From contig CAWJET010000002.1 in assembly GCA_963842085.1 (NCBI GenBank), positions 1,184,001 to 1,248,000 of the forward strand: 64,000 nt of DNA, written 5' to 3'. Position numbers and translations under genes: made by a program. The notes below the pieces were generated by a model. That model did not search any database and was not told the origin of the DNA. It saw only the letters and a list, made by a program, of their open reading frames with translations. How positions within the stretch are numbered: position 1 is the first letter of the stretch; each line of letters starts with the position of its first letter. Source of the stretch: an uncultured delta proteobacterium (GTDB lineage: Bacteria > Desulfobacterota > Binatia > Binatales > Binataceae). Positions 19,582-31,044 of this stretch are shown here, piece after piece.

Positions 19582-19820
19582 GGCGTATCTTTATAACCTA
19601 ACAAGCTCGCGCATCCAAAGGGAACTTCGCACGATGAGATTTGCGCCTGCAGCCAGGAAAAAATTACCGGCTTCGCGCGACATGCTTGCGGCATCCCGAC
19701 CGACGGGGAAATGCTTGACACTGTTTCCGTGCCCGCTCCAACATAAATCGTAGATTTTTCCGGCGCTGGTCCGACCATTGCCCAATCGGAAAGCGCACTC
19801 GTCTTGGAGGAACCTCACCG

Positions 19821-20696
19821 ATGAACAGGAAGCGAAGCCTATTGACCTGGACCGCAGCGATGATCGTGACCGGCGCGATGACCCTGGCGGCGACAGGGTG
19901 CCATCACAAGACCGCCGAGGATTTTCTGGCCGAAGGCGACACTGCCATGCAGGCGACGAAGCTGGCCGACGCGGAAACGGCTTATCAGGAGGCGGCCAAG
20001 CTCGCGCCCAACGATCCGCGCGTCCATATCGCACTTGGAAATCTCTACGTATTCGAGCACAAGCCGGGCGACGCGCAAGTCGAATTCATGAAGGTCCTCG
20101 AGATCGATCCGAAAAATGCTGCGACTCACGTCGCGCTGGGCAACCTCTATGGCGATCAGAACCAGCGCGGATTGGCCGAGAATCAGTACCGCGCCGCGGT
20201 AGCGCTCGAGCCGGACCGCTCCAACTACCATCTCGATCTGGCCGAGGTGCTCAGACAGGAAGGCAAAACCGCCGAGGCTGAAGACCAGATCCGCACCGCA
20301 ATCGGACTCAGCCCCAAGGATGCGAAGGCCCACCTGGCGCTGGCGAATCTGCTCGCGACCGAACCGGCGCGCGCGGCCGAGGCCAACGCCGAGTTCGACG
20401 AGGTGCGGGCGCTCGACGCCAAGCTGATGCCCCCGGCGGCCGCGGCGCCGGCGGGAGCCGCGACGGTGACGGCGTCGGCGCCTGAAGCCGTCGCGCCGAA
20501 GATCAAGCCGCTCAACAAGCTCTTCCTGTTGACAAAAAATTCGCCGGTGTATCAAAATCCCGACGACACCAGTCCCACCGTCGCGCAAGTGCGGCGCAGG
20601 AAGTACGTCCACGTAACCGGGATCACCGGCAACTACCTGCAGATCAAACTCCGGAATGGAACGGTTGGCTTCATACCGGTAGCCGCCGCGGAGTAG
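19821..20696 (+). CDS. TPR-repeat lipoprotein with C-terminal SH3-like domain
   Basis: Lipobox ATG|C; several TPR repeats (HIALGNLY, HVALGNLY); C-terminal GNYLQIKLRNGTVGFIP. Confidence 0.8.
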   Translation: MNRKRSLLTWTAAMIVTGAMTLAATGCHHKTAEDFLAEGDTAMQATKLADAETAYQEAAKLAPNDPRVHIALGNLYVFEHKPGDAQVEFMKVLEIDPKNAATHVALGNLYGDQNQRGLAENQYRAAVALEPDRSNYHLDLAEVLRQEGKTAEAEDQIRTAIGLSPKDAKAHLALANLLATEPARAAEANAEFDEVRALDAKLMPPAAAAPAGAATVTASAPEAVAPKIKPLNKLFLLTKNSPVYQNPDDTSPTVAQVRRRKYVHVTGITGNYLQIKLRNGTVGFIPVAAAE

Positions 20697-20727
20697 GGCT
20701 GAAATCATACTTTCGAGGTGAGCGGCA

Positions 20728-21435
20728 ATGGCGAACAAGGATCTCGTCACACGTGAAGTGAGCTATCCGGGCCGGGCGTGCGCGCTCAAGGCGTACGTCG
20801 CCGAGCCGCCGGGAACCGAGTCGTCGCCGGCGGCAATAGTGGTGCAGGAATGGTGGGGGTTGAACGAGCATATCCGCGACGTCGCGCGGCGGCTCGCGCG
20901 CGAGGGCTACTTAGCCATCGCGCCGGACCTGTACTCGCGCCAGGGCCACAAGGTCGCGACCGAGCCCAATACGGCCGCGCAACTTATGGGCGGACTGAAG
21001 AAGGCGGACGGCATCGCCGATCTCCAGACCACGGTGGAATGGCTGCGCGCGCAGAAACGGACGCATTCGTCACGCATCGGCGTCACGGGATTCTGCATGG
21101 GCGGCAGCTATGCGCTGCTGCTGCCGTGCGAGAGCAGGGAAATCGCGGCCGCGGCTCCGTTCTACGGCGAAATACCGCCGGACGAAAAGCTGGGGCAGCT
21201 CGCCTGCCCGATCTTTTACGCCTACGGCGAGAACGACGGATGGATCCAGCGGGCCGACGTCGAGCGGCTGGCGGCGGCGCTGAAAAAGTTCGGCAAGCCG
21301 GGTGAGGTCAAGACTTACAAGGGATGCTCGCACGGATTCTTCAACGACACCCGCGCCGACGTCTATCGCGCCGCCGAAGCGAATGACGCGTGGGAGCACA
21401 CGCTCAAGCTGTTCGCCGCAAATCTGAAAGGGTGA
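20728..21435 (+). CDS. Dienelactone hydrolase family protein
   Basis: QEWWGLNEHI, GFCMGG, PFYG, GENDGWI, HGFFND. Confidence 0.92.
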   Translation: MANKDLVTREVSYPGRACALKAYVAEPPGTESSPAAIVVQEWWGLNEHIRDVARRLAREGYLAIAPDLYSRQGHKVATEPNTAAQLMGGLKKADGIADLQTTVEWLRAQKRTHSSRIGVTGFCMGGSYALLLPCESREIAAAAPFYGEIPPDEKLGQLACPIFYAYGENDGWIQRADVERLAAALKKFGKPGEVKTYKGCSHGFFNDTRADVYRAAEANDAWEHTLKLFAANLKG

Positions 21436-21634
21436 TCGGCGGGATTTCGCGCGTAGCGCGCCGGCCGGTCGATTTTGCTGCGCAACTTTCCGCGCACCAA
21501 CCATTGTTGCCGCATTTTGTCCTATTGACGGCGACCCTACCTCGCGACGTTCCGCACTTAGCACCCTGCAGTATGTTTAGGCACAAATTGTCAACCCACT
21601 TACTTCGCTATTGCGCCGGCAAGACACTGCTTGA

Positions 21635-24600
21635 ATGTCGACCACACAAAAGCCGCCGCGAGTAATTTCCAACCTTCATCTGAGCGCCATCGTACTTGTA
21701 TCCTTCGTCGCCTTATTCATGGTAACGGCGTTGCCGGCGGCGACCGGCGACAACATCGCGGATGCCGTGCTCGGGCAAATCGACTTCGCGCACAATCCAA
21801 TCAACAACGCCGGCGCGGCGAGTCTCGATTCGCCAAGCCAGATGGCCGTCGATCTGAGCGGCGCCACTGAGCATCTGTACGTCGTCGACGGCGCCAGCAA
21901 TCGCATCCTCGGATGGAACGACGCCACCAGTTTCGTCAATGGCCAGAACGCGGACCTCGAAATCGGCCAGCCCGACTTTGAAACCACGCGATGCAACAGC
22001 GGCACTGCCGGCCCCGACGTCGCCGGTCTTGGTGCGGATAGTCTCTGCCTGCCGGGCGGTGTGGCCGTGGACGGCGCCGGCAATCTCTACGTCGCGGACA
22101 CCGGCAACAATCGAGTGCTTGAATACAATCAGCCGTTCGCGCAAGCAATCAGCGTCGGCTTCGCCGCCAATGTCGTGTTTGGACAGGGCGGCAGCTTCAC
22201 TCAAGCTGTGTGCGCGCAGACGGCGGCGGGTCTGTGTTCGCCGCAGGGAGTCGCCTCGGACTCGAGCAACAATCTTTACGTCGCCGACGCCGGCAACCAT
22301 CGCGTGCTCGAATTCAATCAGCCGCTGGGAACATTCAACGCCATCACCGGCGCCGGCGACACCAACGCGGATCTCGTCTTTGGACAAGGCGCGACCGGCA
22401 CCGACTTTGCCAGCCACAACTGCGTCACCAACACCGATAGCGCGTCAGCCGTCGGGATGTGCAACCCCTTGTCGGTCGCCGTCGACGGTTCGGGAAATGT
22501 CTTCGTCGGCGACGACGGCGATCATCGCGTGCTCGAATTCAATCAGCCCCTGGCGCCGCTCAACATCGCCACCGGCGCCGGCGATGTAACCGCCGACCTG
22601 GTCCTCGGCCAGGGCTCCAGCGGAACCGATTTTACCGACTTCACCTGTTATGACGGGGTCGGCGGCGATCCCGCGCCCAGCGCCGACGGCATTTGCAACC
22701 TGAACGGATTGGCACTCGATAGTGCCGGCGATCTGTTTGTGACTGATATCAGCAACAGTCGCGTGCTCGAGTATCTGAACCCGCTCGCGACCGGCGGCGG
22801 ATCGCCGGGCACGCCCGGCAGTTCCGGCGACGTGACCGCGGACGTCGTCTTCGGCCAGGGCGGCAATTTCACCACTGCCGTATGCGGGGGCGCCGCGAGC
22901 AGCGGGATTGCTCCCAGCGCATCCGTGCTATGCCTGCCCGACGGAGTTGCGGTGGACGGTTCGGGCGACGTGTTGGTCGCCGACGCGTCGAACAGCCGCG
23001 TCCTCAAGTACGTCAATCCCCAGTCGTCTCCGCCGGTAGCGAGCGTGGTGCTCGGACAGGCCGACTTGTTGCACAACGGAATCAATAATCCGACCGCCGC
23101 CGCACTCCAGGCGCCCGAGGGCCTCGCGATCGATTCCAGCGGCGGCTCCAACCGGCTCTACGTCGCCGACTCGAACAATAATCGCGTGCTCGGATGGGCC
23201 AACGCGGGCGCGTTCCTCAACGGCAGCCCGGCGGATATCGTTATCGGCCAGCCCGACGCGCGCTCGGTCGCATGCAACGACGGTGTCGCGGTCGGCGATT
23301 CCAGCGGAGTCGGCGCGGACAGCCTGTGCAATCCCGTGGACGTCGCGGTGGACAGTTCGGGGCATCTGTATGTAGCCGACGCCGGCAATAATCGCGTGCT
23401 CGAATACGACGATCCGTTCGGCGCGCCCTTGCCGGTTGGACTCAGCGCCAATCGCGTGTTCGGACAAGGCGACACATTCACGACCGTCGGATGCAACCTC
23501 GGCACCGCCACTATCAACGCTACTACAATGTGTCTGCCTGAAGGCCTCGCGCTGGACACGGCGGGAGATCTGTTCGTGTCCGATCAGAGCAACAATCGCG
23601 TGCTCGAGTTCAATCAGCCGCTCGCAACGCCCAATATGCTCACCGGCGTGGGCGATACGGTCGCCGATAATGTGTTCGGACAAAGCGGCATCTTCACCAC
23701 CGCGCTCTGCAACGGCGGCGCCGGTCCCAGTGCGGACACGCTATGCGCTCCGCGCGGGCTGGTCGCCGACCCCAGCGGCGACCTGTTCATCGCCGACACG
23801 GACAATTCGCGCGTCCTCGCATATCTGAACCCGCTCGGCAGCGGCGGCGGAACGCCTGGCACGCCCGGCAGTCCCGGCGACACAACCGCGGATCTCGTTT
23901 TCGGCCAGGGCAGCAGCGGGACCAGCTTCACGACTCAGGTATGCTCGAGTTCGGCGGCCTCGCCCGCGCCGAGCGCCACGGGAATTTGTGAGCCCGCCGG
24001 CATCAGCCTCGACAATCTCGGCAACCTGTTCGTCGCCGACGCATCCAACAATCGCGTGCTCGAGTACAACGCGCCCCTGGCAGCGCCCAACCTGGCCACT
24101 GGCGCCGGTGACGTCGTCGCGGACCTGGTTTTCGGACAAAGTGCCGCCGGTACCGATTTTGTCTCCAGCGCCTGCGCCGACGCCGCCCCCGGTGACCCCG
24201 CGCCCAGCGCAACCGCGATGTGCCAGCCGGCCGGCGTTGCGATGGATTCACTCGGCAACCTGTACGTCGCCGACGAAACGAACAATCGCGTGTTGCGTTT
24301 CGACCAGCCCATAGCACCCTTGACTGCAACTCCCACGGCTACTCCGACCACCGCCGCGACCGACACGCCCACCGACACTCCGACGGCGACCGATACGGCC
24401 ACGGCGACCGACACGCCGACCGACACAGCCACTGCAACTGCGACCGACACCGCAACCGACACACCGACCGCAACTGCAACCGACACTGCAACGGCAACGG
24501 CGACGGCCACTGATACCGCAACTGCAACTTCGACGCCGACGCCGACCGATACGGCCACGGCGACCGACACGCCGACCGCCACAGCGTCCGCAACCGACAC

Positions 24601-25375
24601 CGCGACTGCGACCGCAACCGCGTCTGACACGCCGACCGCAACCGCGACCGACACTGCAACTGCAACAGCGACGGCCACTGATACCGCAACTGCAACCTCG
24701 ACGCCGACGCCGACCGATACGGCCACGGCGACCGACACGCCGACCGCCACCGCGACCGCAACCGACACCGCGACTGCGACTCAGACCGCGACCAGTACTG
24801 CCACTCCGACCTCTACCGCGACCGACACCGCAACGGCGACTGACACCGCAACCGCAACGCCTACTAACACGCCCACGGCGACCGCAACGAGCACCGCGAC
24901 TGCAACCGCGACTCAGACTGCGACCAGTACCGCCACCTCGACCTCAACCGCGTCCGCAACCGCGACCGCAACCGTGACTGCGACGCCATCTGCCACGCCT
25001 TCTCAGGTCCGGACTCCCGTTCCGACTCCCACCGCGACCCCGATGCCTGCCACGCTTAAGGTCTCAGCGGGTCAGCTCAAGCTCGGCAAGGTCGTGTTTG
25101 GCAATGGCGCCGTCAGCAAGCCCCAGCAAGTTAAGCTCAAGAACAAGAGCAAGACCACGCCGGTCACGTTTTCCAGCATCGTCACCAGCGGCGATTTCGC
25201 GATGGTGAGCGGGTGCGGCGCCACGCTCGGACCCAAGTCCAAATGCAGCGTGACCATCCGGTTCTCGCCCACCGCCTTGGGCCCGCGCGAAGGCATGCTG
25301 ACGATCGAAAGCAACGCGAGTAACTCTCCGAGTTCGGTCAGCTTGACCGGCACCGGCACGCAGGCAAAAAAGTAG
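21635..25375 (+). CDS. Large secreted NHL-repeat protein (two 6-bladed propellers), Thr-rich stalk and C-terminal ASH/choice-of-anchor-D Ig-like domain
   Basis: Signal peptide; 12 PxGxAVD...LYVAD..NNRVLEY blades; T/A/D/P linker of over 200 aa; C-terminal [18 protein letters not shown]...LTGTG. Confidence 0.85.
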   Translation: MSTTQKPPRVISNLHLSAIVLVSFVALFMVTALPAATGDNIADAVLGQIDFAHNPINNAGAASLDSPSQMAVDLSGATEHLYVVDGASNRILGWNDATSFVNGQNADLEIGQPDFETTRCNSGTAGPDVAGLGADSLCLPGGVAVDGAGNLYVADTGNNRVLEYNQPFAQAISVGFAANVVFGQGGSFTQAVCAQTAAGLCSPQGVASDSSNNLYVADAGNHRVLEFNQPLGTFNAITGAGDTNADLVFGQGATGTDFASHNCVTNTDSASAVGMCNPLSVAVDGSGNVFVGDDGDHRVLEFNQPLAPLNIATGAGDVTADLVLGQGSSGTDFTDFTCYDGVGGDPAPSADGICNLNGLALDSAGDLFVTDISNSRVLEYLNPLATGGGSPGTPGSSGDVTADVVFGQGGNFTTAVCGGAASSGIAPSASVLCLPDGVAVDGSGDVLVADASNSRVLKYVNPQSSPPVASVVLGQADLLHNGINNPTAAALQAPEGLAIDSSGGSNRLYVADSNNNRVLGWANAGAFLNGSPADIVIGQPDARSVACNDGVAVGDSSGVGADSLCNPVDVAVDSSGHLYVADAGNNRVLEYDDPFGAPLPVGLSANRVFGQGDTFTTVGCNLGTATINATTMCLPEGLALDTAGDLFVSDQSNNRVLEFNQPLATPNMLTGVGDTVADNVFGQSGIFTTALCNGGAGPSADTLCAPRGLVADPSGDLFIADTDNSRVLAYLNPLGSGGGTPGTPGSPGDTTADLVFGQGSSGTSFTTQVCSSSAASPAPSATGICEPAGISLDNLGNLFVADASNNRVLEYNAPLAAPNLATGAGDVVADLVFGQSAAGTDFVSSACADAAPGDPAPSATAMCQPAGVAMDSLGNLYVADETNNRVLRFDQPIAPLTATPTATPTTAATDTPTDTPTATDTATATDTPTDTATATATDTATDTPTATATDTATATATATDTATATSTPTPTDTATATDTPTATASATDTATATATASDTPTATATDTATATATATDTATATSTPTPTDTATATDTPTATATATDTATATQTATSTATPTSTATDTATATDTATATPTNTPTATATSTATATATQTATSTATSTSTASATATATVTATPSATPSQVRTPVPTPTATPMPATLKVSAGQLKLGKVVFGNGAVSKPQQVKLKNKSKTTPVTFSSIVTSGDFAMVSGCGATLGPKSKCSVTIRFSPTALGPREGMLTIESNASNSPSSVSLTGTGTQAKK
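24320..25040 (+). repeat. Thr/Ala/Asp/Pro low-complexity coding tandem repeats
   Basis: ATATDT/TPTDT units; near-identical blocks at 24481 and 24649 (168-bp period). Confidence 0.85.
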
Positions 25376-25402
25376 GGGGCGCGCAGCGGCAGCGATCGGC
25401 GC

Positions 25403-27283
25403 TCAATTCGTGAGCGCGACGGGTTCCAGATGCGGACCGGTGAGATAGACGACGCGGCCTTCGTCGGGCGCGCGCTCCCGGAGCCATCGCGCGACGATCG
25501 CCATCGCCTCCAGCTCTCCGCGCTCGGCCGGTTTCGACTTGTATCGCTCGTAGTTGCCCGCGACGAATTCCGCCACCTCGCGCGCGGCCTGGGCACTTTC
25601 CAGCATCCGCGTCATCGCCAGCCGTCCCGACAGCACGACGTGCGCGGCGCGCTCGCCAGCCTTGCCCGTCACGATCACGAGATTGTTTTCCGTTACCACC
25701 TGGCTGAGACGGGTCGCGCGATGCGCCAGCGTGGTCAGCGCCTCGAGATGCCGGCGAAAGCGCGCCGCTTCCTCAAAGCGCATCGCGGCTGCGGCCTGGT
25801 CGCGGGCCCTGGCCAGTTCACCGAGGATCGGTCCGCTCCGCCCGCGCAAAAAACCGACCGCGCGCCGCACCCGCTCCGCGTATTTGTCGCCGTCGATACT
25901 CATGTTGCACGGCGCGGCGCAATGCCCCATCTGGCCGTACACGCATGGCGAGAAATCCTCACGCGGCGCAAGTTTCCCGCTGCACGTGCGCAAGCCGAGG
26001 ATTCTCGACAGCGCGCGCACCGAATGCTCGATGCCGCCGCGCCCGATGAACGGCCCCAGGTGCATCACGCCGCGCCGCGCGCTCATCCTGGTGGAAATCG
26101 TCACGCGCGGAAACTCGTCCATCAAGTCGAGCTTGATGAAATACGCGGGCGCCGCCGACTTCAGCATTCTGTTGTACGGCGGTTTCAGCTCGCGGATGAG
26201 CCGCGCTTCGTCGAGCGCCGCCTCGAGCGGCGAGCGGGTGGTCCGGGTCTCGATTTTGTAAATGTGCGAGACCAGCTCCGCGGTTTTCGCCTTCACCGAC
26301 GCCGTGAAGTATGAGCTCACCCGCTCCCGGAGCCGGCGCGCCTTGCCGACGTAGAGCAAGTCGCCGCGCTCGTTGCGCATCAGGTAGACGCCGGGCGAAT
26401 GCGGCAGCGCGGCGATTTCTTCGGGCGGCACGTGACGCTCGATTCTCCTGCCCGCAAGTCCGCGATGATGGTCGTCGAGCAGGCGATCGAGCCGCGTGAT
26501 TCCCATCCGCTGCGCCATCTCGAGAAAAATTGAGAGAATCTCCGCCGCCATCCGCGCGTCGCCGAGTCCGCGATGCCGTCCTTCGAGCGAGAGTCCGAAA
26601 TGCCCGGCCAGCAGATCGAGCCGCCGGCGCTTGAGCGACGGCATGAATCGGCGCGCCATCCGCAGCGTGCACAGCACCGGGTTGCTCAGGCCGATTCCAA
26701 AGATGCGCCGGTATTCGAAGTCGAGAAATCCGAAATCGAAGGCCGCGTTGTGCGCCACCATCACGCGGTCGCCCATGAACTGGCGAAACGCCGGCAGCAC
26801 TTCCTCGATCGGCGGCGCCTCGCGAACCATCTCCGTCGTAATCGACGTGAGCCCGGTGATGAACCGCGGGACGACGCCACTATGCGGCCGAACGAGTTGC
26901 GAAAAGGTATCAGTAAGCCGCTTACCGACCATTCGGTAGGCGCCGATTTCGATGATCGTCCCCGGCCCGGCGCGTCCGCCCGTGGTTTCCAGATCGACCA
27001 CCGCAAACTCGGCCTGGTCGAGCCCGACGCGGATGCGATCGCTCTGCGCCAGGCGCCACTGCGCCGTGTCCGCATCGAAGATGAAATTCGGATCGCCGCC
27101 GAGCAGCTGGCGTACGAGCCGCGCGCCGAGTTCCGGGTCCGAGCCGACTCCGCTCAGCAGCAGCCCGACCAGCTCGCCGGCGTCTGCCCCGGCCGGCCGC
27201 GAGCAGAGGAACTGATACAGCTTCTGCTTGGCCGAGATGCCGAAATGACGCTGATTCGCGCCCGGTATGCTCGTTTCCTCCAC
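25403..27283 (-). CDS. DEDD 3'-5' exonuclease fused to GIY-YIG/UvrC-like endonuclease (Cho/Rv2191-like)
   Basis: VVDLETTG, AHNAAFD, HRGLGDA; PGVYLM..LLYVGKA..LRERVSSYF; C...C..HCAAPC; UVR-like FEEAARFR. Confidence 0.9.
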   Translation of the reverse strand: MEETSIPGANQRHFGISAKQKLYQFLCSRPAGADAGELVGLLLSGVGSDPELGARLVRQLLGGDPNFIFDADTAQWRLAQSDRIRVGLDQAEFAVVDLETTGGRAGPGTIIEIGAYRMVGKRLTDTFSQLVRPHSGVVPRFITGLTSITTEMVREAPPIEEVLPAFRQFMGDRVMVAHNAAFDFGFLDFEYRRIFGIGLSNPVLCTLRMARRFMPSLKRRRLDLLAGHFGLSLEGRHRGLGDARMAAEILSIFLEMAQRMGITRLDRLLDDHHRGLAGRRIERHVPPEEIAALPHSPGVYLMRNERGDLLYVGKARRLRERVSSYFTASVKAKTAELVSHIYKIETRTTRSPLEAALDEARLIRELKPPYNRMLKSAAPAYFIKLDLMDEFPRVTISTRMSARRGVMHLGPFIGRGGIEHSVRALSRILGLRTCSGKLAPREDFSPCVYGQMGHCAAPCNMSIDGDKYAERVRRAVGFLRGRSGPILGELARARDQAAAAMRFEEAARFRRHLEALTTLAHRATRLSQVVTENNLVIVTGKAGERAAHVVLSGRLAMTRMLESAQAAREVAEFVAGNYERYKSKPAERGELEAMAIVARWLRERAPDEGRVVYLTGPHLEPVALTN

Positions 27284-27648
27284 CAGCCTGCCCCTTCGCC
27301 CCCTCTTCGCTAGCAGTAGCGGCTGGAAATCGCAACGTGTGGTTGCCAGAAAAACGGCGATTCATACCATCCGTAGCGGTCGATAGGATGGTCTACTACC
27401 ATCGGTGGGTTCGTTCCGTCAAATTTTGTTTTTCGCTGGCGGATATTGCCCAATGCTGAGCGATGAGAGTAGCGATGCGGGCGGAGAGACCGGCGAGCAT
27501 CTTGAGTCTGGTGCATAACGGGTAGGCTAGCACCTGGTGAGCGGTGCGTTCAGGCTGAAAAGTTCAGTCCCATGACGGATCGCAAACCGCCGGTCGAACC
27601 CCAGCGATGCCGAGGCTCAACGCATCTCGCCCGCGTAAGCGGAGAATC

Positions 27649-27715
27649 CACTTAATCGAATCTAAAACCCGCGCCGGGTTTGCAGGGGTGACCCCTGCAC
27701 CCAGTATTAAGGAAG
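27649..27715. repeat. Dispersed double-hairpin element, copy 1
   Basis: CACTTAAT..AACCC..GGGTT..GCAGGGGTGACCCCTGCACCCAGTATTAAGGAAG; second copy at 33210-33278. Confidence 0.7.
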
Positions 27716-27766
27716 GCAGGGCTAACCTCCTTAGGATTGGCTCTGCACCTTGGTATCAGGCGACTC

Positions 27767-28060
27767 TCAGGGAATGTTCTTGACGATTTTGCGGTACTCG
27801 TCCTCGCTGAAGGCGCGATGCGTCTCCGTGCGCACATTTCCCAGCGCGCCGACCGTCAGCGCCAGTTGCGCCATCACGTCGTCGTTCGGCGCCTCGACGA
27901 TGAACATCGAATCGTACTGTCCCATCATCGAGTAGAAGTCCTTCACTTTGGCGCCGTGCTGGCTGAAGGTCTTCTTCGCCGCGTCGACACGATCGGGCGA
28001 ACCTCGAAGATGGTCGAGCCCCTGGTGAGTCAAATGAAAAAGAACAACGTAAGTCGGCAT
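27767..28060 (-). CDS. GYD-domain protein
   Basis: MPTYVVL..T.QG, MGQYD, GNVRTETHRAF; GGGAGG RBS. Confidence 0.88.
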   Translation of the reverse strand: MPTYVVLFHLTHQGLDHLRGSPDRVDAAKKTFSQHGAKVKDFYSMMGQYDSMFIVEAPNDDVMAQLALTVGALGNVRTETHRAFSEDEYRKIVKNIP

Positions 28061-28084
28061 CGCAAAGTCACCTCCCGCGAGTGT

Positions 28085-28211
28085 CTAGCAGGTTGCGGAA
28101 AAAGGGTTTTTGACTCCTGATGACATTGATCCAAGACGCATTCTCGTGATCGTAGTAATGCTTACTCTTCGCCGAAATCGTCTTTCATTGAGTTTTTCCG
28201 CAACCTGCTAG
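28085..28211. mobile_element. MITE (about 127 bp) with IS5/IS1182-like ends
   Basis: Perfect 19-bp terminal inverted repeat CTAGCAGGTTGCGGAAAAA / TTTTTCCGCAACCTGCTAG including CTAG target; AT-rich non-coding interior. Confidence 0.8.
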
Positions 28212-28324
28212 GTCCAATATCACACATCTCGAAGTCGCCGGCCAATCTCGTCGCGCGGCGCGGCTATGGCCCGCACCCGGTCGTCACGGTAGAATGCTTA
28301 TTCTGACAAGGAAGGTATTTGCCG

Positions 28325-28867
28325 ATGATGGAACGCATTGAATTGACCCGCGAATGCGAAGGCGTCCAGGTCCCGGCCGGGAACAAGATGATGCTCGAAA
28401 AGGGCCTCGAAGCCTTCATCACGCAATCGCTCGGCGGAACCTTCACCCTGCAAGTTCCGGCCTACGGGGGACTGTTCCGCGTCGCCGGCAAGGACGCCGA
28501 TGCGCTCGGCAAAAAGCCCGAAGATGCGGGCGCGGTGTCGGCGTCGGGCGGCGGCGATCTGGAAGCGATGGTGTGGGAGCAGCTCAAGACCTGCTTCGAT
28601 CCCGAGATTCCCGTCAACATCGTGGACTTGGGCCTTGTCTATGGAATGGAAGTGAAGGACGCCGGCGACGGCACCAAGAAAGTCGAAGTCAAGATGACGC
28701 TGACGGCGCAGGGCTGCGGGATGGGTGCGTCGATCGCGACCGACGCGCGCTACAAAATCATGAGCATCTCGGGCGTGTCGGAGGCGGATGTCGATTTGGT
28801 GTGGGACCCGCCGTGGACGCCGCAGATGATCTCGCCTGAGGGGCGCGAGCGCCTCGGTATCGACTAA
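28325..28867 (+). CDS. sufT: Putative Fe-S cluster assembly protein SufT (DUF59)
   Basis: ITQSLGGTFT N-terminal domain; CFDPEIPVNIVDLGLVY, MTLTAQGCGMG, VWDPPW. Confidence 0.88.
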   Translation: MMERIELTRECEGVQVPAGNKMMLEKGLEAFITQSLGGTFTLQVPAYGGLFRVAGKDADALGKKPEDAGAVSASGGGDLEAMVWEQLKTCFDPEIPVNIVDLGLVYGMEVKDAGDGTKKVEVKMTLTAQGCGMGASIATDARYKIMSISGVSEADVDLVWDPPWTPQMISPEGRERLGID

Positions 28868-28961
28868 TCAATTCGACGCGCAGCAGCCCGAATCTTGCAA
28901 CGACGCACGATACGTTGACACGCCTGACTGCGTCCGATAATTGTTGTCGTTCGGCATTGCC

Positions 28962-29276
28962 ATGTTTGCAATCGTAAAGACAGGCGGAAAACAGTATCGC
29001 GTCGGCGTCGGCGACCAGATAACGGTCGAGCGGCTCGCCGGCGAGGTTGGCGCGGCGATCTCACTTGACCAAGTGCTGGCGGTCGGCGGCGACGCGCCCA
29101 AGGTCGGCACGCCGGTAGTCGCGGGCGCGTCGGTGACGGCAAAGATCGTCCAGCAGCCGCGCGGCACGAAAGTGATAGTGTTCAAGAAGAAACGCCGCAA
29201 GAATTACCGCCGCAAGCGCGGCCATCGGCAGGAACTGACGGTTTTGAAGATCGAGGAAATTTCCGCCGGCGCCTGA
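28962..29276 (+). CDS. rplU: 50S ribosomal protein L21
   Basis: [12 protein letters not shown]...[17 protein letters not shown]. Confidence 0.97.
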   Translation: MFAIVKTGGKQYRVGVGDQITVERLAGEVGAAISLDQVLAVGGDAPKVGTPVVAGASVTAKIVQQPRGTKVIVFKKKRRKNYRRKRGHRQELTVLKIEEISAGA

Positions 29277-29386
29277 CGGCGGCGCGCTAATTTTGATTTA
29301 ACTGCGGCCCGGAAGGGCTGCCCATTCGAGGAGAGCCTTCTAAGACAGATTCCAGAGGCAGAGTCTTCAGTCGCGCGCTAAAGAAT

Positions 29387-29435
29387 GCGCGCTGAATAAG
29401 ACCCTCACCTTAATCCTCTCCCTGAAAGGGAGAGG
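29387..29435. repeat. CCCTCACC...GGGAGAGG REP-like element, copy 1
   Basis: GCGCGCTGAATAAGACCCTCACCTTAATCCTCTCCCTGAAAGGGAGAGG; near-identical copy at 30985-31034. Confidence 0.75.
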
Positions 29436-29473
29436 GGAAGAATTGGAAGGCCGCTCATCCAGGGAGACGCAGC

Positions 29474-29758
29474 GTGGCGCACAAGAAAGGACAAGGTTCG
29501 ACGCGCAATGGCCGCGACAGTCCGGGCCAGCGCCGCGGTATCAAGATTTACGCGGGCCAGACCGTCAAGGCCGGCAATATCATCATCCGCCAGCTCGGCA
29601 CTCGCGTGCATCCGGGGCGCAACGTCGGCTTGGGCCGCGACTATACGATTTACGCGCTCATCGACGGTGTGGTTAAGTACGAGCCGAAGGGTGAGAAGCG
29701 GCAAGTGAGCGTCGAGCCGCTCCCCGCCGGCACCGATACCGCAGGGGCGTCCGCGTAG
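29474..29758 (+). CDS. rpmA: 50S ribosomal protein L27
   Basis: [16 protein letters not shown]...[10 protein letters not shown]. Confidence 0.97.
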   Translation: MAHKKGQGSTRNGRDSPGQRRGIKIYAGQTVKAGNIIIRQLGTRVHPGRNVGLGRDYTIYALIDGVVKYEPKGEKRQVSVEPLPAGTDTAGASA

Positions 29759-29784
29759 ATCGTCATTCAGCGAGATCGATTTTG

Positions 29785-29819
29785 AAGCCCTGCGGCAATG
29801 CCGTGGGGCTTTTTGTTTT
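29785..29819 (+). terminator. Intrinsic terminator after rpmA
   Basis: AAGCCCTGCGGC-AAT-GCCGTGGGGCTT stem followed by TTTTTGTTTT. Confidence 0.8.
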
Positions 29820-29896
29820 CAGTGAATTGATGCTCGGTGTTCTTTCGGTATTTTGATTTCGTTTTTTTTCCGCAACTCGCGACGGGAGGAATTTCG

Positions 29897-30925
<1,029 letters not shown>

Positions 30926-30984
30926 GGTTCGCTACGCCCGTGCAGACTCAAAAGGGAGCAGAATCTTGAATCGCCGCCGAAATA

Positions 30985-31034
30985 GCGCGCTGTATAAGGA
31001 CCCTCACCTTCATCCTCTCCCTTGCAGGGAGAGG
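30985..31034. repeat. CCCTCACC...GGGAGAGG REP-like element, copy 2
   Basis: GCGCGCTGTATAAGGACCCTCACCTTCATCCTCTCCCTTGCAGGGAGAGG; abuts the obgE RBS. Confidence 0.75.
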
Positions 31035-31044
31035 AGACAGAACC

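Noticed and set aside
21616-21631. Sigma-54 promoter upstream of the NHL protein
   Set aside because: GG-to-GC spacing is 9 nt rather than the required 10.
24320-25040. Repetitive tract as a CRISPR array or non-coding repeat
   Set aside because: Codon-periodic Thr/Ala repeats inside an open frame; no constant repeat-unique spacer structure and no cas genes.
27310-27516. 68-aa ORF upstream of the exonuclease gene
   Set aside because: No RBS or family motif; the notable part is the nucleotide motif reported as a finding.
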